IMG/VR virus record: IMGVR_UViG_3300035208_003581
Location: 1-64,000 of that record
DNA length: 64,000 nt
Direction: 5' to 3' (one strand)
From: a virus
Lineage: Duplodnaviria; Caudoviricetes
Of the stretch, positions 40,601 to 49,140 are shown one piece after another. A program made the translations under genes and the position numbers. The notes under the pieces were generated by a model that saw nothing but the letters and a program-made list of their open reading frames with translations, ran no database searches and had not been told where the DNA came from. Each line of letters begins with the position of its first letter. Position 1 is the stretch's first letter.

Positions 40601-40954
40601 AGAAATCCTATTTTATCATATCGTAATGAGATCATACATATGCTATCTACAATAGATGAAGCATTATTATATGCAACTATAGGTTTAAATGTTGATTATG
40701 GTGATCCAACTAATATATATTTAAATGAACGTAATGTATATGTGGATGAATTTTTATTTAATTTATCTCTTCTTATAGAAGAGATTGAAAATGCAGTAAC
40801 ATATATTGATAAATTATATGATAAAAGATTTTCTTGGATTGATTTTAGAATAAATCTTGAAAAAGGGACATTGCCAAAAATTGAAAGACTTGTGTCTGAA
40901 AGAGATAAAAATATTTTAGAACTAGAGAAGAAAATACTTATGTTAAACTCTTAG
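34625..40954 (+). CDS. Very large multidomain baseplate/tail-associated protein (2109 aa)
   Basis: Repeated beta domains (GT.Q.S...G..NF...DI; G....I..G.N.G.Y.I), a poly-Pro linker and a helical C-terminus. Confidence 0.6.
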   Translation: MSSIKLNLDGWVLRKPRVASANAITTSSPDTVENPSFDPQERADYFVSCMNNSQLRDSEFAWSKSTSDRLRMGYSDVDQRWVPLPGISPINIGMIQNDPRIKVPYLPNINFNYRFFITDPSAQNLITCNLVTSFSNPVSLSSGVFEINTDTLEMNFSQDDVDIYEGENVYYQGHQFVDIKDPLRANIGLMSSTGYRLALSPIPEHGMHPIIRIGYQISLHTIEVDTESNFTSVSSGTVQWSLDKGTLNFNTSDIISNETSPVYYWGVYDYISTPGTSPLYNPQIGTVNLTGIVGTYPGSLPLNDSDLIIYFTNGVDYKQIEKTIEVDEHSTVVKYGTAQVRLDNGLVKCNVSEVRKYLGWQVYAVLGDFNLDGEDIKLRLFRSFVNKNGADETIFDVSCFVSINNVTFVEKLIASPILPIPISPIEPPISGYDSPSFTVSGEFDSILKDLKTYTGVGDGFIIDYHNRLLTLCERKSFNVTLNAVSPHYNFPDVGILEYDFQLNRIPESGPIQALTEDDYILDSNAGVVFFTDRKGKVLSQSTTGYVLSNDVLQDTKVNFTSVLIGKQLVILSGANKGSYIIESVLSTHQIQISSDIPFLSISKTSYEIWDNPEILCDRVWEETTVPEDLFKLYRESPLGLITNSPRLSVPIVDVNSRLSFMVNGNNITVEYVNDDTDFTSTIQGTAQISITTGNVNFSTDDILDNAGFTVYGFLWLYRSEYILNSSNGAIILNTPLSSGERLKVYYYLSEDESFINEYLPIKILGEQATFTVGSTIAHFNPDNKGTLSSRGALIWIGNKETDVGRYYRLNSVKTSDKVSINWDTNTIQVSTPFTSESEVIIEYHVMDSFGGEISFSLSSYPIFLPKFEIISGETAFEVYGEQTALYSPGKFILLDDSEIYKVSESISQTTSTIVVVTTPFKSNFSLSTLKITSEELQANYFEPIAYKFEQTILNSYEMVFKDSFQMKSGTVLDLDDDFYMVLRSFIDENGRTHVQVSSKFSREYTYSYGVLERSIRPVFTDFSSAFISDMSMYISQPVTLNIRKSNSLETLILGNDYTVSESGLVTLLTTVISGGDSVELNYTGRKFYPVSTNFTGKYIYRIIPSASNGYLGATLKATYTVYSPDTFYFRVEPFQTISNEVSVALGEIAVVGVPSSGPPSPPPPPPGLNEKGGESFYWNYGDLSDSDSVSRRYLLFYTDVVNAFEDFFKYFDGRVVGDVNGKFLFDGNLHSGNPVEPSVATNHIDSVIYTDPLWPVFPSPPFPSGFPFRRSKAMWKGSKYSRFYPERGVFFTMSSPSEEGGLTYAFPTEFQKEIAEIGREDLASVSNVKMRLARTRLLNIVNSGVSSATLEVESTLANSEELRFTNETFTTPSFEIGDQLSVSRPGYPLPLAIAQIVSKTDTSLVVLFLQLDIAPIIPTTPQALSVDLLPNDTVSHNVYWWVDNGDGDPISAIEYYRQGFDYIADLKEGKIINITFPIPIGQVPIDPETYIDGVLSFGNKLTTPYRFPALDGSVKNDQGDLSIPYLSPSSDVVDFNSIFSIENLNISSIENETIEGFKGDNGSISIDLRTFDLGKSPTGLNLYDTLYILTGSNSGKYLITSITGTSVGVSKFKHQQDNYDVLNPSFTWDVSYTVYDGVGPTVRYTSTDGQILSDLNTLKDTTVNFLTLGNEVQTGDTIVINSSSNYFNNGTYIVLSATSTELSIQCFNTAESNIDYVVEYGTARVNSTHGYFSVNNILSDTYSPDFSFVVKGDILVVTTGKNIGKYVVDTVYSTVFQVMISGSSRLLESDTATLTLSDSSLTTVSDYFQVSDVGRYILITDSVSYDGEYVISSVLSPNKVVLSGLIISSDESCNFSLECSYHIDNVRRGSSYVTSWKQTLLNEQSALQDINLQNKIQILFYTLYSETPNISGISGSVISTYIFKDIGKDYSTAESGDCLEITSGDNIGFYFIEEINGDEITIDTTGNEFVLIGESSLSYNLFKGNSRFSEDLRNPILSYRNEIIHMLSTIDEALLYATIGLNVDYGDPTNIYLNERNVYVDEFLFNLSLLIEEIENAVTYIDKLYDKRFSWIDFRINLEKGTLPKIERLVSERDKNILELEKKILMLNS

Positions 40955-40966
40955 TGGAGTGAGAAA

Positions 40967-41134
40967 ATGTCTGAAAATTTTGAAGATAAAAAAGAGTATA
41001 AATGGATACAAAAAGATCCTTATGAAAACATAAGAAATGCAGTGATAACTCCATTAGAGGAATTAAAAAAAGAACTTATAGCAGAACGTAATAAACTGAA
41101 ATCTCAAATTAAAAATTTGAAGAAACAAAATTAA
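40967..41134 (+). CDS. 55-aa coiled-coil protein (not in ORF track)
   Basis: MSENFEDKKEYKWIQKDPYENIRNAVITPLEELKKELIAERNKLKSQIKNLKKQN; RBS GGAG; fills the gap exactly. Confidence 0.7.
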   Translation: MSENFEDKKEYKWIQKDPYENIRNAVITPLEELKKELIAERNKLKSQIKNLKKQN

Positions 41135-41135
41135 T

Positions 41136-43016
41136 ATGGCTGAATGGGATAGTTTTAAAATACCTGGAACTGAAGAAATTGCAGATTTAGCAGATTCTGT
41201 AAGTAAACCTTTAAAGGGTATACGAACAGTTCTTAATCTTATAATGACAATAATGGATATTGCTAAAGCATTCCTTATTGATTTAGGTAACCCAGTTAAA
41301 GCATTACTCGAAGCATTAGTTTCTGTTATTATTAATTTATTAAATAATTTGAATCAAACAGGTAGTGTGTATTCATTAATGATAGTACCTGGATATCAAG
41401 GTCAAACATATCTGGATTTAAAGGGTGGTATAGAAAGATTTAAACGTACATTTTCAGATTCTATAAATGATACTGCTGATGCTCAACGTCCTCAATTTAG
41501 TTCGAGTTCTATTGTTGATACAGGTGCTTTTTTCTTGGTATTTGATAGTGGTGATGCTGGAGCTGTATTTGAAAATTTTTATAAATTATTCAAAGCAATG
41601 GGGATTTCAATTGAGTCTAATATGCCAGCACCAAGTAATATTAGAGGTTATCCATCTAATAAAGATGGCGAGTTAATTATTTCTAGTTTAGATATGTTAA
41701 AACAAAGTACTAAACCAGAAGCTGCTACTATTATGTGGGATACTACTACTACAACTGGAGCATCACTACTAGATGCATTTATACCACCAAAATGGAGAAT
41801 AGAACGTGATAGTACAAAAGAAGGTACTAAGTTATTAATAGATGAAACTGTTAAAAATGCTAATGGTGACGAGGTAGTTATACAGAGACAAGTTTATGAT
41901 GAAACCGGTAGACCTGTATATGAATATGAGTATTCTGAAGATATTGATACTAATGATAAAACTTTTTGGATAGGTGGCCTTCTTACAGGATCTTACCAAT
42001 GGATTGATAAAAGTGTTAATCCTGGAGATACTTGGTATTATCGTATACGTGGACTTATTGGAGATCCACAATCAGAAGTGATTGATGGTGTTCAAAGATT
42101 AAAAAATGGTCTTCTTGGAGTACCATCATCTCCAATTATGGTTGTGATGCCACCAGAGATGTCAGATATAGATTTCAGTAAAGATGATCCTGTAGCAGCA
42201 TTACTTGATACTTTATATGCGGGTTTAATTTTAGGTTTCCATTTACCATACAAAACAAGTCCTCAATTCACAGGTCATGGTCTTTTATATGAATATTTCC
42301 CATGGATATCCAATTATTTAACTGATGAAAAAGGTGATTTTTTTATTGTATCCCGTATGACATGGGCAGCTAGTTTAAGTGACTTTACAGCACATGGTAT
42401 CTCCAAATCAAAGGAAGTATTCCAAGCATTTTGGGATAAGTATAAAGAACACGGTAATGAAATTACTGATCTTATAAATACATATGGTCAAAAGGATGAA
42501 AGTTGCCCATATTTAAATGAAACTTCAATACCAGGACATAATATAGATACTTTTAGACAAGCTGTATATGAAGTTTTAATCCCTATTACGGGTACAATGA
42601 AGTTAAGTGGTACACCACCTAATTGGACTTCTGTTTTCAGAATAAATCAAATGATACCAGCAGAAGTATTTTCTATGATTCGTAAAGTAGAAGCAGAAAT
42701 AAGAGGATTATCTGAAGCATATGCTGGTGTAGTCGGTGATATTATTACATTTATTGGAATGTTAGAGAATAAAATAGATGCATTAAATGAACTTATCACA
42801 TATATTGAATCTATTATTGATTTATTTAAATCATTTTCATTTCCAGGTATGTATATGCTTTATATTGAACCACAAGGAGATGGTATTTCTGGTATAGTAT
42901 CTGCATTAAATTCAGCTACAGGTGGTCCAGAGCCAAGTCCTAATAATTTTACTGCTGGTATATGCTTAGTTTTTGGTGCACCTTTAAGTACATTTTTTGA
43001 TTTAATTGCAGGTTAA
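41136..43016 (+). CDS. Baseplate-region protein with FN3-like core and amphipathic helical ends
   Basis: PAPSNI..ATIMWD..YQWIDKSVNPGDTWYYRIR FN3 pattern; related N- and C-terminal helical modules. Confidence 0.55.
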   Translation: MAEWDSFKIPGTEEIADLADSVSKPLKGIRTVLNLIMTIMDIAKAFLIDLGNPVKALLEALVSVIINLLNNLNQTGSVYSLMIVPGYQGQTYLDLKGGIERFKRTFSDSINDTADAQRPQFSSSSIVDTGAFFLVFDSGDAGAVFENFYKLFKAMGISIESNMPAPSNIRGYPSNKDGELIISSLDMLKQSTKPEAATIMWDTTTTTGASLLDAFIPPKWRIERDSTKEGTKLLIDETVKNANGDEVVIQRQVYDETGRPVYEYEYSEDIDTNDKTFWIGGLLTGSYQWIDKSVNPGDTWYYRIRGLIGDPQSEVIDGVQRLKNGLLGVPSSPIMVVMPPEMSDIDFSKDDPVAALLDTLYAGLILGFHLPYKTSPQFTGHGLLYEYFPWISNYLTDEKGDFFIVSRMTWAASLSDFTAHGISKSKEVFQAFWDKYKEHGNEITDLINTYGQKDESCPYLNETSIPGHNIDTFRQAVYEVLIPITGTMKLSGTPPNWTSVFRINQMIPAEVFSMIRKVEAEIRGLSEAYAGVVGDIITFIGMLENKIDALNELITYIESIIDLFKSFSFPGMYMLYIEPQGDGISGIVSALNSATGGPEPSPNNFTAGICLVFGAPLSTFFDLIAG

Positions 43017-43019
43017 CAA

Positions 43020-43844
43020 ATGGCTTTTAATTTCTTAGGGACATTTTCTACAGGTCAATATAAATTATTGAAAGAATTTTCCCTTTTTCAAAAAAGGGAT
43101 ATAGAAAATAGAATTAATTATTTAACTGGAGAGATAAGAAGAACAGGAGTATTAACAGTTACTTTTGATACTGAGACTGGATTAATAGATACTATCAGTG
43201 CTTCTGGTAAAAAAAGTATCCTTGGTAAAATATTTTCTGCATATACTTTATTAGGTGGTATCCCTAAAAATGAATTGCCAATCAGAGCATTTACTGACCC
43301 AGTTTTTTTACCACCTGGTACTCCATCTGGTTTAAGCACTCAGTTCTCTAATAAGAGGAATATTCGTAATTCATTTCGTAATGATGCATATGTTGGGATG
43401 TTAATTGGTAATTTAAAACAATGGATAATTAATTCAATTAAATTTAAACGTGAGGATTTAGAGTTTAAAATAAAAAAATTAGTTGATTGGTCTGACCAAT
43501 GTTCTATGGAAATACTTATGTTGCAAATAGTTGGAGATATTACTGGTAATGAGTCATTAGAAAAAACTATTATCAGCTCAGTTCCAGAGGCAACTCGTGC
43601 ATGGATAACAGAGAGAACTAAATTATTAGTGGAAGACACACAAGAGGATTCATCAAAAAAATTAATAGTATTATCATCATTAGATGATATGATTACTTTT
43701 TTAGACGAAGAGGCATATTCACAATCTCATCCTAGTGTTACTATTGATGATAGTGATATTTTTGGATATTCAGCAGGAAAAATTCAAGAAAGTTTTGATA
43801 CAAATGCTTCTATAGAGGATGATATTACAACTGTAGAGAAATAA
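43020..43844 (+). CDS. Hypothetical baseplate-region protein
   Basis: 274-aa ORF in a tightly packed operon. Confidence 0.55.
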   Translation: MAFNFLGTFSTGQYKLLKEFSLFQKRDIENRINYLTGEIRRTGVLTVTFDTETGLIDTISASGKKSILGKIFSAYTLLGGIPKNELPIRAFTDPVFLPPGTPSGLSTQFSNKRNIRNSFRNDAYVGMLIGNLKQWIINSIKFKREDLEFKIKKLVDWSDQCSMEILMLQIVGDITGNESLEKTIISSVPEATRAWITERTKLLVEDTQEDSSKKLIVLSSLDDMITFLDEEAYSQSHPSVTIDDSDIFGYSAGKIQESFDTNASIEDDITTVEK

Positions 43845-43847
43845 TAC

Positions 43848-44909
43848 ATGAGTTATGATTTTAGATTAGACATATTGTGTCCCCATAAAGTTATTTTAGA
43901 AGAGTTAGTACTTACTAATTTTCAAGAATTACGTACAATTAGTAAATTAGCATCTTCTATTGTTGAAGTATGGGTTGATTCAAATTTAATACCAAATGAT
44001 GGTTTATATTCTAAAGCAACTACAGCGGCTAAAAATACTGGTGTTTTACAGATAGTACGTGATTTAAATGATACAATAGAAGTTTCAGTTGATGATGGTT
44101 CTATGCAAACATATATAATTAAATCTGGTTTAGTAACACTATATCAAATTATGTCAGATTTAAAGAAAAAAATGAGTGGTGTTGATCTTACTATTCAAAA
44201 TAATATTTTAAGATTTTCAACACAATCAAGGAATAAAAATTCTAAGTTAGTATGGGGATCTGGTTCAGCTCATCTTACATTAGGGTTACCTAATAACAGA
44301 GTATATGTAAGCAATGAGATTGTTCCAAGTTGGAATATAGTAAATGATCCAATTAGTATTGAATCTAGAATGGTGTATTTTAATAAACCATTGAAATGTT
44401 CTGATAGTATAATTGAACTTACTTATTATACATCTTCTGATTATTGTCGTAGATGTAATGGGTTACGTATAGAAAATGATTTTATATATAATGATCTTGG
44501 TGAAAAGGTTTTAGTAAAAGAAGAAAATTTATTATTACAAGAGTTAGATAAAGCTATCATAACTATAAAAAATTCTAATCCTTTTCATTTATGGATAGGT
44601 ACAAGAATAGCATCATTATCTGGGAGTAAATATCTTAATGTAATAAAATCAGAAATATTATCAGAGATAACAGACACATTATCTAATTTAAAGGATATTA
44701 AAATACAACAAGCACAGATACAAGAGGTAACACCTGGAGAATTCCCTGATGTGCTTCAAATATCTAAAATGAATCAACTTGAATCTGATATGACTATTCT
44801 TGAAATAACTATTGATGTTATATCAAGAAGAGGTAAACAAGTATCATTAAATCGTTATTTGAAATTATCTATTGATGGATCAACTCAAGGTTATTTAAGA
44901 AGAGGGTAA
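43848..44909 (+). CDS. Baseplate wedge protein (gp25-like C-domain)
   Basis: LLLQELDKAIITIKNSNPFHLWIGTRI gp25-like motif; CRRC; lies directly upstream of baseplate J. Confidence 0.7.
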   Translation: MSYDFRLDILCPHKVILEELVLTNFQELRTISKLASSIVEVWVDSNLIPNDGLYSKATTAAKNTGVLQIVRDLNDTIEVSVDDGSMQTYIIKSGLVTLYQIMSDLKKKMSGVDLTIQNNILRFSTQSRNKNSKLVWGSGSAHLTLGLPNNRVYVSNEIVPSWNIVNDPISIESRMVYFNKPLKCSDSIIELTYYTSSDYCRRCNGLRIENDFIYNDLGEKVLVKEENLLLQELDKAIITIKNSNPFHLWIGTRIASLSGSKYLNVIKSEILSEITDTLSNLKDIKIQQAQIQEVTPGEFPDVLQISKMNQLESDMTILEITIDVISRRGKQVSLNRYLKLSIDGSTQGYLRRG

Positions 44910-44913
44910 TTAC

Positions 44914-47900
44914 ATGGCTTTTAATGCTCCAAATATATCATTACCTGATAATTCTGGTTTTTCTAATTATATTGTATATTCGTCAAATATAAAAGAACAC
45001 TTTATATATGGTAATGTTGATCCCAATACAATTGATGTACAAGTACAAATACGCGGAGGTGGTTTTGTATCTGATTCTACATTAGTTGCTTTAGATTTAC
45101 CAAATTTTATAATACCTAATCAATCAAACTATCCAAATGGAATTACATTAATTCCTGGTGTAAACCAAATTGATATTCGTGCAATTGATGTAAATGGTAA
45201 TGTAAGTCCAATCTCATCTGTTCTTATAACATATGTTACAGATAAAGAACTTTCATTACAAATATCACAGCCTACAGGATTGCAAATATATCGTCACCGA
45301 GATGAAATTACATTAACAATTATTGGTGATGGTAATGAAAATATTGTAGGGTATAATGTTTATGCTTCTAAAGAATCTGGGGGTATATCTACTGGATATT
45401 TTAAATTAAATAAATCTATTATTTCTGAATATGTTAATGAGTTTGAAGATTTACAAGTTTCTAATGAACAGATAGTATATTCCCATTCAGATGGAAATTT
45501 ACATATACTTCTTACAGAAGAAGATAATGATGGATCTGTTCAGCGTGTTATTTCAGATTCTGTTATACCTTTAGTTAATACACCAAGTAGTCAAATTACT
45601 TCTATTTCTGTGGTGGGTAAAAATACCCTTCCAACATATTCATTTACTCATAATAGATTAAGTACAGAAGATGATGGTATCACAAATAATGAACAATTTA
45701 TTGATGTTACTGATGATCAACCTTTATACTATGTTGTAACGGCAATTGGTTATGATTCAAGAAATAGAGAATATCTTGAAAGTAAATATAGTTCTGAATT
45801 AGTAGGTGTTCCTTTAATTATTGATTCAACTATAAAAGATATGGTACCAATATCACGTCAAGATATCATTTTGGATGAGATTAAAAGTATTCAGAGAGTT
45901 AATCCTTCTGTGAGTTTAATACCAGGGTCATCTACTCGTGATATTCATATTGATCCACCTGCATCTGAACTTGAACGTTTAGCATTTATATCAGATTTTA
46001 TACATCGATCACAAAGTTTTCTTACTCTTATGGAGATTGATGATGCTAACCATGATGGTATTTCAGACCCTGTAGCAACATCCCCATATAAATTAGCTTT
46101 GAAATCAGCATTATTTATTGTTGATAATGATGATGTGCAGTATCTCATTGATGATGCATTTGATAAGTTAGCTGGTAATTATAATACTCCAAGAAAAGGT
46201 GCCCAAAAATCAATTGGTCAAGAAGTTTTCTATACCACAAAAAAACCCACAAAAACACTTACTGCTGAACGTGGTGCTATTGTATCCACAACTTCTAATA
46301 CAGATCTTGGTATACCATCGGTATCGTATGAAGTCACATCCCAAGTCTCTATGCAAATAACAAATATTGATTCTTATTATGTCCCATCTCGTCGTAGATG
46401 GGAAATAACTGCAAATATACGTGCATTGGATACTGGATTAGCTGGTAATAGACCAGCTAATCAAATTGATAAAGTAACATCTGGTGCTGCTGGTTTAAGT
46501 GTTATAAATTTAGAACCAACACAGTATGGTTATGATATTGAATCTAATAGTTTATTAGCTGAGAGAGCTATGCTTGCATTATCTAGTGTTGATTCTGGAA
46601 CTAAAGGTGGTTACTTAGCATCTTCTATTAGTGTATCAGGTATTCAAGAATCACTTGTTATTTATGCTGGTCATCCATTAATGATGAGAGATTGGGATGA
46701 AGTACGTAAAAAACATATTGGTGGTAAGGTAGATATTTGGATTAAAGGATTGAATGAACAGGAAGTTACTGATACATTTTCTTTTTCTTTTGATATTGTT
46801 CAAAATAAAAGATTTGAGATAATTGATTCTACTAATTTTATTTTTAGATCATTAGATTCTACTTTAACTGAAAATAATCCACTTGTTGAAATGTTAGATG
46901 ACCCAATAAAAGGATATGGTTTTAGGAATACTACAAAAGGTTATGATTTTGATCTTACTGATGTAGTAATTGTTGATTATCGTACCATTCAATTAAGCAG
47001 TTTAGTATCACAGCCAAGTTTTGATTTTGATGATATAATTGTTGGAGACTATCGTTATCAGTCTTCAAATTATTATATACCAATTCGTCAACCATTACGT
47101 AGAGTTATAAGTATTATTGGTGAAGTATCTGGTACCTTAGATTTTGAACATGGTTATAGTCTTTTCAAATTAGATGATCCATTACTATATGGAGAATCAG
47201 TTAAAAGTAATGACTATATTGCTATTTATCCATATAATGGTATACCTTCTGGTGCATCAATCATTGTTAACGATGAAATCCATATTTTAGTAGGTACTCG
47301 TTCAGAATTACTAAGATCTATAGGTGTAGATCTGACATCTATTAGAGTATTTAATTCTACTAGAACAATTGAATATTCTGGACCTGAATCATCAAATCCT
47401 GATTATCTTATTATTCCTGGTACAACAAATACAGCAGCTAGTATTGTGCGTGTCCAAGGTGGTTCTATTTTTAATGGACAACAAGTATCTATTGATTATG
47501 AACACGATGAAAATTTTACTGTACGGTATGTTGTGAATGACCTTATACGTATTGTGCAAGAAAAAATTGATTCAAAAAAACATATTACTGCTGATGTATT
47601 AGTTAAACAGGCTATTGAGAATTCCATAACTATAGAAAACACAGTAGTATTAAATTCAGGTTCGGATAGAGCATTAGCTGATAGTAAAATACGTACTGGT
47701 GTTTCAAATGAAGTTTCTTCACGGAAGATAGGAGGCGGTATTCATCAATCTGATATAGTTAAAATTTATGAAGAAACACCTGGCGTGGATTATGTAATAT
47801 TACCATTTTCTACAATGATATGGTCTGATAGTTCTCAAATGATTAGAGATGAATTATTGAGTGATTATATTGAGTTACCATCACTACATTCTGGCAGTAA

Positions 47901-48336
47901 TAAAGCATACATACTTATTACTGCATTATCATCAAATACTATTGATGGTGGTGGTTACGAAAATCAGCATCGAGGTGTTTTTAAAGATGGTCAGATTATT
48001 ACTTTAGTAACTAATCTTGAAACTATATGTGATGAATATGATAGAGCGTATATCATTGGAAAAAATGGTGCTATTATTGTTGGGTATTCTGATGATGCTA
48101 CTCTTATAGCTGATGGGTTTATTGAAGATGTGGATATAGCTCAAGAGAGATTAAATAGGACATCAAATAGAATTGTATTAAGTCTTGAATTTGATCCTAA
48201 TATGGTGATGCCTGATGATCATACTTGGACATGTTCATACATAGTATATGGAGACACAGGAGCGCGAGATTTAAATGCAAATAAATTGGAAGCATTAACT
48301 TTAGGTGATTTTAATATCATTTATAGTGAGGGATAA
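44914..48336 (+). CDS. Baseplate J/gp6-like wedge protein
   Basis: DKLAGNYNTPRKGAQKSIGQEVF, GLAGN.PANQI, GYDIESNSLLAER, GGKVDIWIKG, IHQSDIV..PGVDYV. Confidence 0.85.
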   Translation: MAFNAPNISLPDNSGFSNYIVYSSNIKEHFIYGNVDPNTIDVQVQIRGGGFVSDSTLVALDLPNFIIPNQSNYPNGITLIPGVNQIDIRAIDVNGNVSPISSVLITYVTDKELSLQISQPTGLQIYRHRDEITLTIIGDGNENIVGYNVYASKESGGISTGYFKLNKSIISEYVNEFEDLQVSNEQIVYSHSDGNLHILLTEEDNDGSVQRVISDSVIPLVNTPSSQITSISVVGKNTLPTYSFTHNRLSTEDDGITNNEQFIDVTDDQPLYYVVTAIGYDSRNREYLESKYSSELVGVPLIIDSTIKDMVPISRQDIILDEIKSIQRVNPSVSLIPGSSTRDIHIDPPASELERLAFISDFIHRSQSFLTLMEIDDANHDGISDPVATSPYKLALKSALFIVDNDDVQYLIDDAFDKLAGNYNTPRKGAQKSIGQEVFYTTKKPTKTLTAERGAIVSTTSNTDLGIPSVSYEVTSQVSMQITNIDSYYVPSRRRWEITANIRALDTGLAGNRPANQIDKVTSGAAGLSVINLEPTQYGYDIESNSLLAERAMLALSSVDSGTKGGYLASSISVSGIQESLVIYAGHPLMMRDWDEVRKKHIGGKVDIWIKGLNEQEVTDTFSFSFDIVQNKRFEIIDSTNFIFRSLDSTLTENNPLVEMLDDPIKGYGFRNTTKGYDFDLTDVVIVDYRTIQLSSLVSQPSFDFDDIIVGDYRYQSSNYYIPIRQPLRRVISIIGEVSGTLDFEHGYSLFKLDDPLLYGESVKSNDYIAIYPYNGIPSGASIIVNDEIHILVGTRSELLRSIGVDLTSIRVFNSTRTIEYSGPESSNPDYLIIPGTTNTAASIVRVQGGSIFNGQQVSIDYEHDENFTVRYVVNDLIRIVQEKIDSKKHITADVLVKQAIENSITIENTVVLNSGSDRALADSKIRTGVSNEVSSRKIGGGIHQSDIVKIYEETPGVDYVILPFSTMIWSDSSQMIRDELLSDYIELPSLHSGSNKAYILITALSSNTIDGGGYENQHRGVFKDGQIITLVTNLETICDEYDRAYIIGKNGAIIVGYSDDATLIADGFIEDVDIAQERLNRTSNRIVLSLEFDPNMVMPDDHTWTCSYIVYGDTGARDLNANKLEALTLGDFNIIYSEG

Positions 48337-48337
48337 C

Positions 48338-49120
48338 ATGACTCAGACTCCATACCCATTAGTTTTTAATGGTAAAGATTATAATAGAAGAGTTAAAGCA
48401 GAGTCTGATATTATAGTTCGTAATATGATGTCATATCTACCATCATATTATTTATCTTCTATACCATCAACTAATTATGCTATTGAAATGCAGGCTTTTT
48501 CTAAAGAATTAGCTAAAATAAAAGTTATTTTAGATGATATTAGCCAAGATCAAATATTTATTAATACACGTTCTGAATTTCTTTATCAGGTAATTGGATA
48601 CTTGATATTTGCTAATGGTGAGTTACCATCTACTACATTTAATGATATAGAATTTAAAAATTTTCTTTTAGCTATTATTACTATTTATTTTCAAGGATCA
48701 ATACCAGTTTCAATAAAACATGGTATTGAATTATTTTCTGATCGAGAAGTTATAATCACTGAAGATTATTTAGAAATAGAAAATGGTTCGGAAGGTTATG
48801 ATATATCGGATCAATTTTCATTTGAGATACAATTTCAAATTGATGGTAATTCAATTCCAGAAAATTTTATTGATTTAGATAATAATATTAGTTTAATATT
48901 AGATATTATTAGACCTGCTCATACGCTTTTTAAATTACGTTATATTTTTTCGGATGATTATGAATCATTAACAAATATAACAGATGAGTCATCTTTTAAA
49001 TTACAGAATTATACTTACGATGATATAAGAACAAATTGGAATGGGTTATATTCTGTGGATAGGTTAGGGTCTAAAAAAGAATCAAGTATTGTAGGTGAAA
49101 ATGTATCTTATCAATTTTAA
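48338..49120 (+). CDS. Baseplate wedge protein (gpI/gp7-like)
   Basis: Start moved to ATG 48338; YFQGSIPVSIKHGIELF and ILDIIRPAHT motifs. Confidence 0.7.
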   Translation: MTQTPYPLVFNGKDYNRRVKAESDIIVRNMMSYLPSYYLSSIPSTNYAIEMQAFSKELAKIKVILDDISQDQIFINTRSEFLYQVIGYLIFANGELPSTTFNDIEFKNFLLAIITIYFQGSIPVSIKHGIELFSDREVIITEDYLEIENGSEGYDISDQFSFEIQFQIDGNSIPENFIDLDNNISLILDIIRPAHTLFKLRYIFSDDYESLTNITDESSFKLQNYTYDDIRTNWNGLYSVDRLGSKKESSIVGENVSYQF

Positions 49121-49140
49121 AATTTTATGGGATATCCACA

